A stretch of 64,000 nt of DNA from Minisyncoccota bacterium (GCA_036517175.1 DATDXQ010000028.1:2113-66112); one strand, 5' to 3'. Positions 41,051 to 51,854 are shown, numbered from the stretch's first letter. Translations and numbers: made by a program. Notes: generated from the letters alone by a model not told the origin.

Positions 41051-41914
41051 TTAGTTCCCGACCAAATCTGGATCGAAAGCACACTGTTCTTTCTTTTTTA
41101 AAAACGGCACACCCTCAAAAACAACACCACTTAATTTTGAATCTGCCCTAATATAAGCAAGGCTTCTTTCCAAAGTGTTAAGTATCACTGATCTTACTTC
41201 GGGAATTATTTTGTAAGCATCTTGAGGCCTAATATAAAAAAGGCAATCTGAAGCCATGTCTTGATTAATGGCATTAGCAACAACTGTATTCTTATCTGTA
41301 GTCTGCACAATAAAATCCTGAGTTACTTTTGCATACCTATATAAGGCAGCTCTTGTTTTTGCAGAATCCTCAAAAAGAAAAGCTATATAACGCTGGACAT
41401 CATCCCGAACTCCATCTTCATCAGAATCTATACCCCCCAAAGTTTGTTTACCTAAAACGCCTGGATCTGGAGGTAAGCCTATACGGATCCTCAATCGTAG
41501 TCTTTGTTCAACAAAAACAGGACCATCCAACAAATAAACCTCACCGGAAAGAACACCCATCCGTGAACTCTCTGGAACATGAAATGTAATAACAAGAGAG
41601 TCCACAGAACTAACATAGACTCTGTCTAAATAACTTTTGTTTAGTGAAATAACTCCCATCAGAGATCCCGTAACATATACATTTGCACGACCTAGATTTG
41701 ATCTCCCAAATACCTGCACACTCTTAACAACGGTATCGCCAGGAAACAATGTTACATCAAGTACTGGCTTAGACCAGTAAATTTGATCATCCCCATGACT
41801 CCGTGAATATGAATTGAGAACACTTTGTTCCTTGGCATCATTTTGAGCATTGGACTGAAGTCCAAAAAATAGTCCAATAACAAAAAAGGCAATCAAAACT
41901 CTAGATACGATCAT
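41051..41914 (-). CDS. Secreted hypothetical protein with PPDPG..GIDSD.DGVRDDVQ motif
   Basis: Signal peptide, Asp-rich possible Ca-binding motif, NTxER..AY. Confidence 0.7.
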   Translation of the reverse strand: MIVSRVLIAFFVIGLFFGLQSNAQNDAKEQSVLNSYSRSHGDDQIYWSKPVLDVTLFPGDTVVKSVQVFGRSNLGRANVYVTGSLMGVISLNKSYLDRVYVSSVDSLVITFHVPESSRMGVLSGEVYLLDGPVFVEQRLRLRIRIGLPPDPGVLGKQTLGGIDSDEDGVRDDVQRYIAFLFEDSAKTRAALYRYAKVTQDFIVQTTDKNTVVANAINQDMASDCLFYIRPQDAYKIIPEVRSVILNTLERSLAYIRADSKLSGVVFEGVPFLKKKEQCAFDPDLVGN

Positions 41915-41988
41915 TACAACTCCTTTTTGTTTTCAAAAAACATAAAAAAACACTATCAGCTAGTGACATTACGCGTCAAGTAAAAAAA

Positions 41989-42612
41989 TTAATTGCCATG
42001 AGGTTCAGGCCTATTTGCTAAGGAATAAAATACAATTTTGCCGTTAGCTGTTCTTTTGAGAAAACCGGCCTCTATCAGTTCGTGCAACTTGCGTTTAAGA
42101 GTTCGCTTAGATATTTCGGGAATCTTTTGAAAAATTTCTACATTTCTTACTTGTTCATGACCATTCATAAGCTGCATGATTCGATTATGACCCTGACCAA
42201 TTGAGATTTGAACAGAAGCAGCCACGGGTTGCTGAACGATTTTAACCACTTCTTTCTCTACCTTTTGCTGTTTCTGATTTTTTACAGACAGAAGAAATAA
42301 TTTTATTGAAAGCAGATCTCGCTCAAGCAAAAGGGGACAGGTCCGGTCTAAGTTTAAATTCAAATAATTACAAACTTTTACTAAAGTAATTATATTTTGA
42401 ACACGAGAAAATAATCTTGCATTATATTGTGCGACATGATTATTCTGGGCAGGAGCCGTATTCCTCAAGAAAAATAAATAATCCGAAAATAAATTTTCAA
42501 ATTCTTTATCTAAAATTTCTGAAAAAAATTTATCAGAAAGTCCGGCACTTAATTTGGCCAGCAATCTGAAACACCTAGAAAAGATTGTAATCACCTCTCG
42601 CCTGTCAATCAC
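41989..42612 (-). CDS. Protein with C-terminal winged HTH (DeoR-like)
   Basis: ISKRTLKRKLHELIEAGFLKR..G...Y. Confidence 0.65.
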   Translation of the reverse strand: MIDRREVITIFSRCFRLLAKLSAGLSDKFFSEILDKEFENLFSDYLFFLRNTAPAQNNHVAQYNARLFSRVQNIITLVKVCNYLNLNLDRTCPLLLERDLLSIKLFLLSVKNQKQQKVEKEVVKIVQQPVAASVQISIGQGHNRIMQLMNGHEQVRNVEIFQKIPEISKRTLKRKLHELIEAGFLKRTANGKIVFYSLANRPEPHGN

Positions 42613-42641
42613 ATCTTCACTCTTACTACAATCATTTGTGC

Positions 42642-43661
42642 TTAGTCAACACCGAACAGCTGTCTTGCCCTTTCCCAAAACTCAGGATGGTTCTGATTTT
42701 CTTTCATCCAATACCACCACTCGGCACCCCAAAGATATTGAGAAGAGAAACCAGATTCTTCAGCAAAATTGATAATTTCATTGAATTTATCAATGCCCAT
42801 TCTGTCCAGTATAGTATCGATGTCAGCAGTTACTATTGGCTGAAGTAACCATGGCTCACTTGAAAGCTCAATTAAAATCTTGGTTTTTTTACCATAAAAT
42901 ATATCGACTAAACTTTGTTTTATTCTGAAAAATCCTGGAAATATGGGATATCTTATCGGACCAGTTTTCCACCAAACATAAAGATAGAGACTAGAGCCAA
43001 AAACATCACCCCGCTTGTAAGCCGGAAACCAGGAATCAAATTCTCCGGCCGCTGTAATTAATATGGGCCTTTCTGGATCAAGAGTTCTAATCAATTCAAT
43101 CTCTTTTTCCAAAAGCTCCTCATCTAAATCTCCACACATTGACCGACTAAAAAAAGCCAAGTAGGGCTCGTTCTCAACTTGCCAATACAATATGTTGTTA
43201 TAATCCTTGTATCTATTTACTACAGTTTCAATATATTTCAACAATTGTTCCCCCTTAAACTGTCGTTTCTTATCTTCCTCCGCGATCCCAGAAATTTTTT
43301 CTGCCAACCAGTCTGGTTCATGACATTCTGGCCAACCGGGAAGTCGACGGCCAACCGCAAGAATTACTGAAGCGCCCCGCTTACGCGCCTCATTCATTTG
43401 GAAATCGAGCTCTGAAAAATTAAAGCTGTTATCTTCTGGCTCTGTGTTTGGCCAGTGAGCACTAAATCTGAACTTGCGCACCTCAAGATCATCCAACAAT
43501 GCCACATAAACCTCGCGCCAATCCACTTCCAACTCGTCAGAGTGAAATTTACTAAAAGATACACCGTATTCTATTTTGTCAGGAATTTTACGAAGAGAAA
43601 GAACAAATAAAATTAAGACAACTATTACACAAACCAGAATAAAAATCTTTATTTTCTTCAT
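42642..43661 (-). CDS. Membrane-anchored clan-A glycoside hydrolase (GH5/GH42-like)
   Basis: YGVSFS, WPECHEP, WQVENEP (acid/base), ELSSEPW, LWGAEWWY. Confidence 0.8.
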   Translation of the reverse strand: MKKIKIFILVCVIVVLILFVLSLRKIPDKIEYGVSFSKFHSDELEVDWREVYVALLDDLEVRKFRFSAHWPNTEPEDNSFNFSELDFQMNEARKRGASVILAVGRRLPGWPECHEPDWLAEKISGIAEEDKKRQFKGEQLLKYIETVVNRYKDYNNILYWQVENEPYLAFFSRSMCGDLDEELLEKEIELIRTLDPERPILITAAGEFDSWFPAYKRGDVFGSSLYLYVWWKTGPIRYPIFPGFFRIKQSLVDIFYGKKTKILIELSSEPWLLQPIVTADIDTILDRMGIDKFNEIINFAEESGFSSQYLWGAEWWYWMKENQNHPEFWERARQLFGVD

Positions 43662-44539
43662 ATAAACAAGAGAAAAAAACCTATAACAATAAGGGCAGTT
43701 GAGACAAATTTATGAAGAAAAATATTTTTTTCCGTAACTTTTTCAGAAAAATAGCGTGGTAATTTTTTTGTAAAAATAAAAGCAAAAATTAAAACAAAAA
43801 TAAATTGCATGCCTGCCATGGCATTAACCAACGATACCTCTCCCAGTTTGATAGCAACCAAAATAAGCCAGAAAGCCGTCCCTGCTAGAGCCTTGTTGGC
43901 AACCACAAGAAATTTGGTATTAAAACTAGATTCTTTAATCGTTACTAGAAACGCCTTGAAATTAGATGGCCAGGCCAATAGAGCAAGCGCGCCAACAACA
44001 TTAGCCATTCTTGACCAGAAAAAGCCAGTCAAAAAATCTGTTCCCAAAAACATTTTTTTAACATAAACAGAAGACAATCCAAACAAAACTCCAGCAATAA
44101 CAACATACAGGACCGAACGGCTACTGAACCTAAAGTGCGACATAATCAGAGTTCCAACAACAAGAAAAACAAAACTCACAAAAAATCTAGAAGGAAGAGC
44201 ATCTCCCAAAATTACAAGGCTGAATCCAAAGGTAGCAACTGCCGAAACGGCACCCATTACCGGTGCGACATCCGAGGCATCTGATATCTTTAATGACTTA
44301 TACAAAAAGAATATTGAAAAAATATAAGTAAAGGCTATTACAAAAGAAAGTCCAACAATATTAACAGTAGGGTAAGTCACTAAGGGGAAAACCACGATAA
44401 CAACGCCAGACAAAAGACCAACAAAAATAGTATAGACCGTGGGGTTAGAAATCGCACGAGAGGAAACCAAAAACTTATCAAGAAGTATAACTGCACCACT
44501 TAAAATTTGAGCAATAAAAGCAAGATATATCCAGATCAT
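43658..44539 (-). CDS. EamA/DMT family transporter
   Basis: About 10 TM helices in two repeats. Confidence 0.78.
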   Translation of the reverse strand: MIWIYLAFIAQILSGAVILLDKFLVSSRAISNPTVYTIFVGLLSGVVIVVFPLVTYPTVNIVGLSFVIAFTYIFSIFFLYKSLKISDASDVAPVMGAVSAVATFGFSLVILGDALPSRFFVSFVFLVVGTLIMSHFRFSSRSVLYVVIAGVLFGLSSVYVKKMFLGTDFLTGFFWSRMANVVGALALLAWPSNFKAFLVTIKESSFNTKFLVVANKALAGTAFWLILVAIKLGEVSLVNAMAGMQFIFVLIFAFIFTKKLPRYFSEKVTEKNIFLHKFVSTALIVIGFFLLFI

Positions 44540-44551
44540 ATTTATTGATAA

Positions 44552-45718
44552 TTAATCACTAGGAATTAGGGAATTGGAAATGCAAATATTTTTGTACACA
44601 TGGGCCGACTGACGCACAGTACGCCTCATGTTGTTGTAGTCTACCTCAATTAAACCAAATCTATACTTAAAACCTTCAGCCAATTCAAGATTATCTAACA
44701 GAGACCAGTAAAAATAACCACGAATATCTACCCCTTCCTGAATCGCGCACCAAACCCAGTACAAGTGATCCTCTATAAATTTAGCCCTCCTCGTATCTGA
44801 AGAATCAGCAATCCCATTTTCTGTAATATAAATCGGCCTCTTGTAACGTTTAATCTGGTTTAGAACTTTATGGATACCTTGTGGGTATATATCCCAATCC
44901 ATGTCAGATTTTTGAAAATTAATTTTTGAACCATATTGAATAGGTCTGTAATAATTAACACCTATAAAATCCTGAGCTATTTTACTCAAAAACCTGCGGT
45001 TCCTGTACCAATTTAAAATCATTGACAAAACAATATTAAACGGGTTCTTATTATAAATATATAAAACTTGGTCTGCAGCTATACCAATATTTATGTTAGG
45101 TTTTACTTTCTTAATTTTTTTATATGCAACATTGTGCGACTCGATTAAGTTATCCACAACTCTCAGAACCTTAATAAAGCTTCTTTTAAATGGTGGCCAT
45201 ATACCGTGGGCATAGCTTTGGCCAACATAAACCATGGGTTCGTTAATAGTGATTAAAAAATTAGTTAAATCCCCCAACCTATCGGCCACATACTCGCAAT
45301 AACGACTAAAATAAAAAGGGGCTTTCTTATTTTCAAAACCCCCAATATTTGAAAACCATAGTGGCAACGCAAAATGCCAAATGGTTACAAAGGGCTCTAG
45401 GCCTCGATTTTTTAAGGCCAATAATACTTGCCGATAATGCTCGACTTCAGCATTATTGAATTTCCCCTCCTCTGGCTCTATTCTTGACCACTCAATTGAT
45501 AGCCTATGAGTATTCTGGCCTAATGATTTAGCAAAATCAAAATCCTCCTCGTAGAGGTTATAACTGTCGCAGGCTTTTCCAGCCGCCGGTATTTTGCCTT
45601 TTCTTGCAGCCTCAGCCCAATCATTGTTTTCTATTCCTCCCTCAACCTGGTAACTGGAGGTTGCACTCCCCCACAAAAACCCTTGAGGAAATATTTTTTT
45701 ATCAACCTCTTGGATCAC
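44552..45718 (-). CDS. Glycoside hydrolase family 1
   Basis: FLWGSATSSYQVEG, TINEP, ITENG, WSLLDNLE. Confidence 0.95.
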   Translation of the reverse strand: MIQEVDKKIFPQGFLWGSATSSYQVEGGIENNDWAEAARKGKIPAAGKACDSYNLYEEDFDFAKSLGQNTHRLSIEWSRIEPEEGKFNNAEVEHYRQVLLALKNRGLEPFVTIWHFALPLWFSNIGGFENKKAPFYFSRYCEYVADRLGDLTNFLITINEPMVYVGQSYAHGIWPPFKRSFIKVLRVVDNLIESHNVAYKKIKKVKPNINIGIAADQVLYIYNKNPFNIVLSMILNWYRNRRFLSKIAQDFIGVNYYRPIQYGSKINFQKSDMDWDIYPQGIHKVLNQIKRYKRPIYITENGIADSSDTRRAKFIEDHLYWVWCAIQEGVDIRGYFYWSLLDNLELAEGFKYRFGLIEVDYNNMRRTVRQSAHVYKNICISNSLIPSD

Positions 45719-45820
45719 ATATAAATTATAATTTAATCAATTCAAACAGACCATACTTCTATTTATTTTATAAAAGTGCTACTTTGCTGTATATAAAGTA
45801 GAACTTTAAAAAGAGGTCCC

Positions 45821-46699
45821 TTGAAAATCCATAGGATAATTTTACTGGCAGGCATTTTAAACATATCTATCATTTCTTCTTTTGGCCAAATATCAAGCAG
45901 CACAGAAAAGGCCGGGCAAGAGATGAAAGTCTCAGGCGATATTTTTTTGGATATGAATATTTTAAGCAAGAAACCCGTATTTATAAGGGGGCAATTACCT
46001 TATCAGAGCTGGTCAGCAGGACTAAACCTTCAACTAGAAAAAGGTGAACGAATAAAGATTAACTTGCTCACCGCAATAGGAGGTGGCACACCTTTTGATA
46101 ATCCTGAGTTGTACGGGTATATTCTGACGACCCAATTCAATCTCAATAAAAAACTAGGAGTTGTTTGGGGAGCTGAAGCAAGCTACAACATAAACCAAAT
46201 CCCAGTTCTTGATTATGCTGGCAGAATCCCACACACCGGTCTGAGTAACATGTACGCAGGACCTAAATTTATGCACACTTGGAACAAAAAAGGCTACATA
46301 AAAACAGAAACCTATGCTTACAAAACAATCAGAGGGAATACACCAGTTAACAACAATGGCTTTACTGCTCCGTATATTGGATGGCGTGTTGGCAACACCC
46401 TAATCTTGGGACGTACCCAAAACAAGAGGTCATTTGTTATGTATACCGACACTTACCTTGAAGGAAATAACGATAAATTTATCGGCCACTTTGAAGCTGT
46501 TGGTATTTCTTTAAAAATAGACTTCCTTGTCAGTAGACACTTCTCAATTCAGCAAGGCGCTTCAATAAGAAGAAACATCAGGGGTAGTCCTTATTCTGGT
46601 ACACAGTCTAAATCCTTTAATCCCTCGATAGGTATTTCTGCCGCACCGATAAACAATGACGTATTCATGGTTTGGATAGGCCCACGTTTTGTATTTTAA
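45821..46699 (+). CDS. Secreted hypothetical protein, beta-strand rich with C-terminal Phe
   Basis: Signal peptide, alternating aromatic/hydrophobic strands, ends WIGPRFVF. Confidence 0.65.
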   Translation: MKIHRIILLAGILNISIISSFGQISSSTEKAGQEMKVSGDIFLDMNILSKKPVFIRGQLPYQSWSAGLNLQLEKGERIKINLLTAIGGGTPFDNPELYGYILTTQFNLNKKLGVVWGAEASYNINQIPVLDYAGRIPHTGLSNMYAGPKFMHTWNKKGYIKTETYAYKTIRGNTPVNNNGFTAPYIGWRVGNTLILGRTQNKRSFVMYTDTYLEGNNDKFIGHFEAVGISLKIDFLVSRHFSIQQGASIRRNIRGSPYSGTQSKSFNPSIGISAAPINNDVFMVWIGPRFVF

Positions 46700-46736
46700 A
46701 ACCCCGCTATGCGGGGTTTATTTTTTAAATACAATT

Positions 46737-47159
46737 TTATTTTCCAGAAGAACCAAAACCTTGAGTACCTCTATCAGATTCGTTCAGCGTATCAACCTCC
46801 AGAAAATCAGCAACTTCAACTTTTTGAATCAACATTTGAGCAACTCTATCGCCCGCACTTACCACGTGTTCAGCAGTAGACAAATTGGTAAGTCCCACCA
46901 TCACTTCACCTCGATAATTGGAGTCGATAACACCACCCATTGTTTTTAAACTACTTTTGATGGCCAGCCCGCTCCTGTCCCATATGAGACCAACATATCC
47001 TGGCGGTATAGCCACAGCCAAACCAGTGCTGATTGCAGTTGTACTTCCTGGTTTTATAACACAGGAACTTACTGCATAAAGATCAAATCCAGCATCACCA
47101 AAACGCATCATTTTAGGAACCATTGCGTTAGGAACAAGTTTTTTAATAGGAATTACCAT
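46737..47159 (-). CDS. dut: dUTP diphosphatase
   Basis: AGFDL, RSGLA, GVIDSNYRGE, GDRVAQ, RGTQGFGSSG. Confidence 0.97.
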   Translation of the reverse strand: MVIPIKKLVPNAMVPKMMRFGDAGFDLYAVSSCVIKPGSTTAISTGLAVAIPPGYVGLIWDRSGLAIKSSLKTMGGVIDSNYRGEVMVGLTNLSTAEHVVSAGDRVAQMLIQKVEVADFLEVDTLNESDRGTQGFGSSGK

Positions 47160-47302
47160 TTACTTTTCTCCTCTAATCTTCAGTAAGCCGAATTAACAAT
47201 ATTATCTAGCAGCAATCACAAATTTTCAAGATTGACATATTAACTAAAAAACTTCAAAGTTAATCTCATTACAATAGGTCGCCCGTGGGGGGATCTTTAA
47301 AA

Positions 47303-48421
47303 ATGAGGTATGAATTTATCAAAGCAGATATTGCAATAATAGGAGCCGGGGCTGTCGGCTGTGCTCTGGCTCGCAGAGCAAGCATGTCGTATCCAAATAA
47401 AAAAATAGTAGTTATAGAAAAAAGACACGCACCAGGTCAGGAAACAAGCCGACTAAACAGTAATGTCATACACTCTGGCCTGCATCAAAAACCAGATTCT
47501 CTAAAAGCACTTTTAGCTCGCCGCGGCAACAAACTTATCGTTGATTATGCCTTAGCCAGGAGGATAAACACACGCCAAACAGGAATGATCATAGCAATTC
47601 CGAGCCATGATTTACTATCTAATCCCATAAGCAAGCTGGCATCCCTTACTCACTTAATCAGACAGGGACATAAACAAAACATTAAATTTGAATTCCTTTC
47701 AAAATCTGGAATTAAAAGATATGAGCCCCAAATATCAGCCTTGGCCGGAATCTTTATCCCAAATGTATGGATTATTGATATCTACCAATTCATGAGATCT
47801 CTTTACCTTGACGCCAACTCAAATGGTGTTAACTTCCTTTTTCACAAGGAAGTTACTGGGATAGAAAAAACTTCTAATGGTTATCAAATCTCGGCTAATA
47901 AACTAAGAGTAAGCTCAGAAATAGTGATTAACGCGGCCGGCCTTTATGCTGACAAAATAGCGGCAATGGCGGGGTTCGAATATCAAACGGAATTCTGGCG
48001 TGGAGAATATTACGAAGTTTCACTGGAAAAAAGTAATTTAATACATCGCTTAGTCTATCCTGTTACATCAACCCAATCACCGTCCAAGGGTATACATTTC
48101 AGCCCACGCATAAACGGTCGACTATTTATAGGACCAAATGCAAAGCTAGTACCGACTAGAGATTACTACAACATGGACAAAACAGGAGCCGACTACTTCC
48201 TAGAAACAGCCTCTAGATTCTGTTCCAGAATAAGATCATCCGATCTACGCTGGGGATATTCTGGCATAAGACCAAAACTTAAAAATTGGCAAAAGGATTC
48301 AGATTTTGTCATCAACAAAGATAATGACAGACCAGTTTTTATAAATCTTGTAGGAATAGATTCCCCCGGCCTAACAGCCAGCATGGCAATAGCAGAAAAA
48401 GTTATGACTATGATTAGTTAA
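47303..48421 (+). CDS. FAD-dependent oxidoreductase, L-2-hydroxyglutarate oxidase-like
   Basis: GAGAVG, ETSRLNSNVIHSG, NAAGLYAD, GIH, GIRPK, GIDSPGLTAS. Confidence 0.85.
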   Translation: MRYEFIKADIAIIGAGAVGCALARRASMSYPNKKIVVIEKRHAPGQETSRLNSNVIHSGLHQKPDSLKALLARRGNKLIVDYALARRINTRQTGMIIAIPSHDLLSNPISKLASLTHLIRQGHKQNIKFEFLSKSGIKRYEPQISALAGIFIPNVWIIDIYQFMRSLYLDANSNGVNFLFHKEVTGIEKTSNGYQISANKLRVSSEIVINAAGLYADKIAAMAGFEYQTEFWRGEYYEVSLEKSNLIHRLVYPVTSTQSPSKGIHFSPRINGRLFIGPNAKLVPTRDYYNMDKTGADYFLETASRFCSRIRSSDLRWGYSGIRPKLKNWQKDSDFVINKDNDRPVFINLVGIDSPGLTASMAIAEKVMTMIS

Positions 48422-48451
48422 AAACCGAGCAAAGCTCGGTTTTGTTTTTAA

Positions 48452-49615
48452 TTATCTCATTAATACTTCATCAAAATCTTTAATTAATTCATTCATGTTG
48501 CCGAGACTCACCGACAATCTAACTAATTGCGGTGGGATATTAACAACAGCAAGCTCTTCTAATGATAGCTTGCTATGCGTGGTAGACGCTGGATGAATTA
48601 TAAGATTTTCATTTTCGTCACCTAGGTGAGGCGCCATTCTGGCGCTACGAACTGATTCAACCAAATTACGTGCTGCATCAAAACTGGGCATCTCAAACGA
48701 TAACATTCCTCCCCCACCAGTCATTTGTCTTCGAGCCAGATTGTATTTTGGATTGCTTGATAAGAATGGGTAATTAACCCTACAAACTCTGGCATGATTT
48801 TCTAGAAAAACTGCAACTTTGAGTGCATTTTCAGAAAACAAAGCCATATCTCTCTCCAGTGTTGTACGATTAAGAAGTGTTAAATAAGCTGAGAGAGGAT
48901 GCATTATGGCTCCAGTAGAAACATGATAATCATTTAGAACTTTTTCTGTTTTATCCAAAAATCTAGGCGAACCAATCAATGCTCCACCCAACCCAGTAGA
49001 CTGCCTATTCAAGGCCTTAGTAACCGAGTAAAGAACCGCATCAGCACCAAGTTCAAGTGGTTTCTGCAAAACAGGCGTTAATGTATTATCGACCACCAGA
49101 AATGAGTCATACTTGTGAGTTATTTCAGCAACAGCACTAATGTCAAAAATATCAACCGTCGGATTTGCAGGAGTCTCCATAAACACAAAAGCGGCTCCAG
49201 GCCTTATCGCTTGCTCCCAAGCATCAAGATCAAAAGGATTGTCAACAAAAACAATCTCACAAGCATGATCTTTCTGCCAAAGCTGCAACTGGTGAAAACT
49301 GCCACCATATATATAAGAGGAGGTCACAACCCGTCTCCCTCTTCCAAGAGATAGAGAGGTCAAACCCCAAAACAAAAGAGCAAGAGCAGACAAACCACTA
49401 CTTGTAGCCCAAACAGAACCCTCCCTAACTCTTTCTACTCCAGCAAGCCAATGCTCAAACGCAGTGACAGTCGGGTTGCCCATTCTACCGTAAGCATACC
49501 CGCAGGCAGGATCTTCAAAAATTTGTGCGCCTCGCTCTACGCTCTCGAAGCTAAAAGAAACCCCGAGGTGAAGCGGCGGAACAATTCCATTAAAATGATC
49601 TTTATCTTTCGACAC
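48452..49615 (-). CDS. Cys/Met metabolism PLP-dependent enzyme (MetZ/MetB/MGL family)
   Basis: YGRMGNPT, ETPANPT, VDNT, SVTK, GGMLSF, HPASTTH. Confidence 0.88.
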   Translation of the reverse strand: MSKDKDHFNGIVPPLHLGVSFSFESVERGAQIFEDPACGYAYGRMGNPTVTAFEHWLAGVERVREGSVWATSSGLSALALLFWGLTSLSLGRGRRVVTSSYIYGGSFHQLQLWQKDHACEIVFVDNPFDLDAWEQAIRPGAAFVFMETPANPTVDIFDISAVAEITHKYDSFLVVDNTLTPVLQKPLELGADAVLYSVTKALNRQSTGLGGALIGSPRFLDKTEKVLNDYHVSTGAIMHPLSAYLTLLNRTTLERDMALFSENALKVAVFLENHARVCRVNYPFLSSNPKYNLARRQMTGGGGMLSFEMPSFDAARNLVESVRSARMAPHLGDENENLIIHPASTTHSKLSLEELAVVNIPPQLVRLSVSLGNMNELIKDFDEVLMR

Positions 49616-49696
49616 ATGAATCCTTTTTTAAAGTCCTACGATTTAAAAATCATATAACAAAAATAAAAAAACCGCTAATAAAAATAGCGGTAAAAT

Positions 49697-50671
49697 TTAA
49701 GCTAAATAGGAATGGGTCGACTGTACAGCCATTGCTCCCTCACCCACTGAAGATGCGACTCTTTTAACAGAACTGAATCTAGCATCGCCTGCCGCGAAAA
49801 CACCTGCTTGAGATGTCTCCATATGTACCGGCACAGAACCATCTAATCTATTATTAACAAACTGCCCAGTAAGAATATAACCATTCTTGTCTTTTTCAAC
49901 ACAACCATCAAGCCACAAAGTCTTTGGTCTTGCACCAATTAGTATAAATAACCTATCGGCTGGAACAATGCTTTCATCGTTATTAGTCTTCAATCTTATT
50001 TCTTCCAGATGCTCAACCCCTCTGCATTCCACAAGAGATGTATTTTCATGCACATGAACATTACCATAATCCACGATTCTTTTTATAAGATACTCGCTCA
50101 TTTTGTCCTTGATGGAATCACCCCTAACTAACAGATGTATTTCACAACCTGTACATCTTGCCAAATGCACAACAGCCTGCCCGGCAGAATTAGCGCCACC
50201 CACAACATATAATTTCTTGTCATTATACACAGAACTAAGTGAGGGGGAACCATATGAAATCCCATTGCCAAGGAATCTAGCAAGACCCGAAACAGTAAGG
50301 GTCTGGTATTGAACTCCGAGTGCCAATATAACTGCCCGAGACACAATCACATCTCCCTCGTCGCTAATAATGGTCTTCCTGTCTCCATCACAAACTAGTC
50401 TATTGGCCCTGAATGGAGCCAAAAAATTAGTGTTAAATTTTGCGGCCTGCGCCACTGCCCGGCGAACTAAATCTTGACCAGTCAAACCATCTGGAAATCC
50501 AAGAAAATTTTCAATAAGTGTCGAGGTGCCTGCCTGACCTCCAAACTGAGTTTGTGCATCTATAAGGACGGTAGACAATCCCTCAGAAGAAGCGTTAACA
50601 GCAGCAGAAAGGCCCGCTGGTCCTCCACCGACTATGCATAAATCATATTCATTATTAGTCACCTTGATCAC
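49697..50671 (-). CDS. trxB: Thioredoxin reductase-like flavoprotein (CxxC absent)
   Basis: GGGPAGL, IENFLGFP, GGANSAGQA, GVFAAGD, KRVASSVGEG. Confidence 0.82.
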   Translation of the reverse strand: MIKVTNNEYDLCIVGGGPAGLSAAVNASSEGLSTVLIDAQTQFGGQAGTSTLIENFLGFPDGLTGQDLVRRAVAQAAKFNTNFLAPFRANRLVCDGDRKTIISDEGDVIVSRAVILALGVQYQTLTVSGLARFLGNGISYGSPSLSSVYNDKKLYVVGGANSAGQAVVHLARCTGCEIHLLVRGDSIKDKMSEYLIKRIVDYGNVHVHENTSLVECRGVEHLEEIRLKTNNDESIVPADRLFILIGARPKTLWLDGCVEKDKNGYILTGQFVNNRLDGSVPVHMETSQAGVFAAGDARFSSVKRVASSVGEGAMAVQSTHSYLA

Positions 50672-50755
50672 CTCTGTTTAAATTTTTAAAAATCTATCCT
50701 AATATAGTATAATGAAAAGTAATACATGTCAACAAGAAAACAAAAATAAAAACGG

Positions 50756-51157
50756 CTAATATTGCCGTTGTGCACCTGCTGGGTAAACCAGACAGGAATA
50801 TTGTCCAGCCTTAAAATAAATGCATTCTTCGTCAACAATTCTAGCTACTTCAGCGATCCTCTCGAGAAGAGCAGGGATTCTATTCTTGCCCTCAAAAGAA
50901 ACTTCATAAACCCTGTGACGATCTCTATAAACTACTCTCTGTTTATTTATCCAAAGGCCAAAATTAGCAACCACGGAGGAGGTAAATGCTCCAAACTCTC
51001 TGGACAAAAAATTCTGCAAATACTCCTCAACTGTCTCTCCTCCAATTATTATATTTAACTTGTTTTCCGGGATATAAAATACTGCTGGCCTACCAAGATC
51101 AACAAGTCTGTACTTAGATCTATCATTAAATTCCCGCCACCTACTTTTATTTTTCAA
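50756..51157 (-). CDS. Hypothetical protein
   Basis: 133-aa ORF in a co-directional cluster. Confidence 0.65.
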   Translation of the reverse strand: MKNKSRWREFNDRSKYRLVDLGRPAVFYIPENKLNIIIGGETVEEYLQNFLSREFGAFTSSVVANFGLWINKQRVVYRDRHRVYEVSFEGKNRIPALLERIAEVARIVDEECIYFKAGQYSCLVYPAGAQRQY

Positions 51158-51164
51158 GGCTCAC

Positions 51165-51410
51165 CTATCCAGAAACGGAATTTACATGAAAGTGGTCACC
51201 CTGTGAGACAACATTAAATCTCTGGCCACAGCGACAAATAAAAGCAGGTGAAGCTGATGTTCTCCGATCACCCACAAGAATAGAATGATGGAATCCAACC
51301 TCACCAGTGTTTTCATTTTTTAGACCATTCCTACCACAACCACAGGTAATATCTATGGCAACCATATTTTTGCTTATAGGCTCTATCCTAATACCCATGA
51401 TACCCTTCAT
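51165..51410 (-). CDS. Small Cys/His-rich hypothetical protein
   Basis: CGCG..HH..CRCG..HFH; start overlaps the upstream stop. Confidence 0.6.
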   Translation of the reverse strand: MKGIMGIRIEPISKNMVAIDITCGCGRNGLKNENTGEVGFHHSILVGDRRTSASPAFICRCGQRFNVVSQGDHFHVNSVSG

Positions 51411-51712
51411 CCCTGTCCTCTCAGGTTTTCTACTCTATCCTTTTCATTTACATCCACCGCCATTCTTGTTCCGCCCCCGGCAAGACCCATATCACTTCCC
51501 AAAATCTCAAGGATTATATCCTCAGCCAATCCTTGCCTTCGACAACTAGCGATCGCGCCCGCAATCATAAGTTCCTGGAATTTTAGAGCCATCGCGTCAA
51601 CAACCGGATCACCGCTCTGAGTATCTTGACGTTGTGCTCTTAAGGCGGCCAAATGTAGGATTAATGCACCCTTGGCCATGCCTGCCACAAATTCATTATC
51701 TCGTCCACTCAT
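51407..51712 (-). CDS. Hypothetical protein
   Basis: GGAG RBS before ATG 51712; TTGACA-N17-TATAAT promoter upstream. Confidence 0.6.
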   Translation of the reverse strand: MSGRDNEFVAGMAKGALILHLAALRAQRQDTQSGDPVVDAMALKFQELMIAGAIASCRRQGLAEDIILEILGSDMGLAGGGTRMAVDVNEKDRVENLRGQG

Positions 51713-51854
51713 GTCATCTTCTCCAATTTTAAATAGCACTTTGATTATACTGCCCAATATAGTTTTTGTCAAATTAAGATAGCACTTCAAATATTAGTTT
51801 AGTGCATATCTTTGCAAATCAAAACCGCCAATAATGGCGGGTGGCAAGATACTC

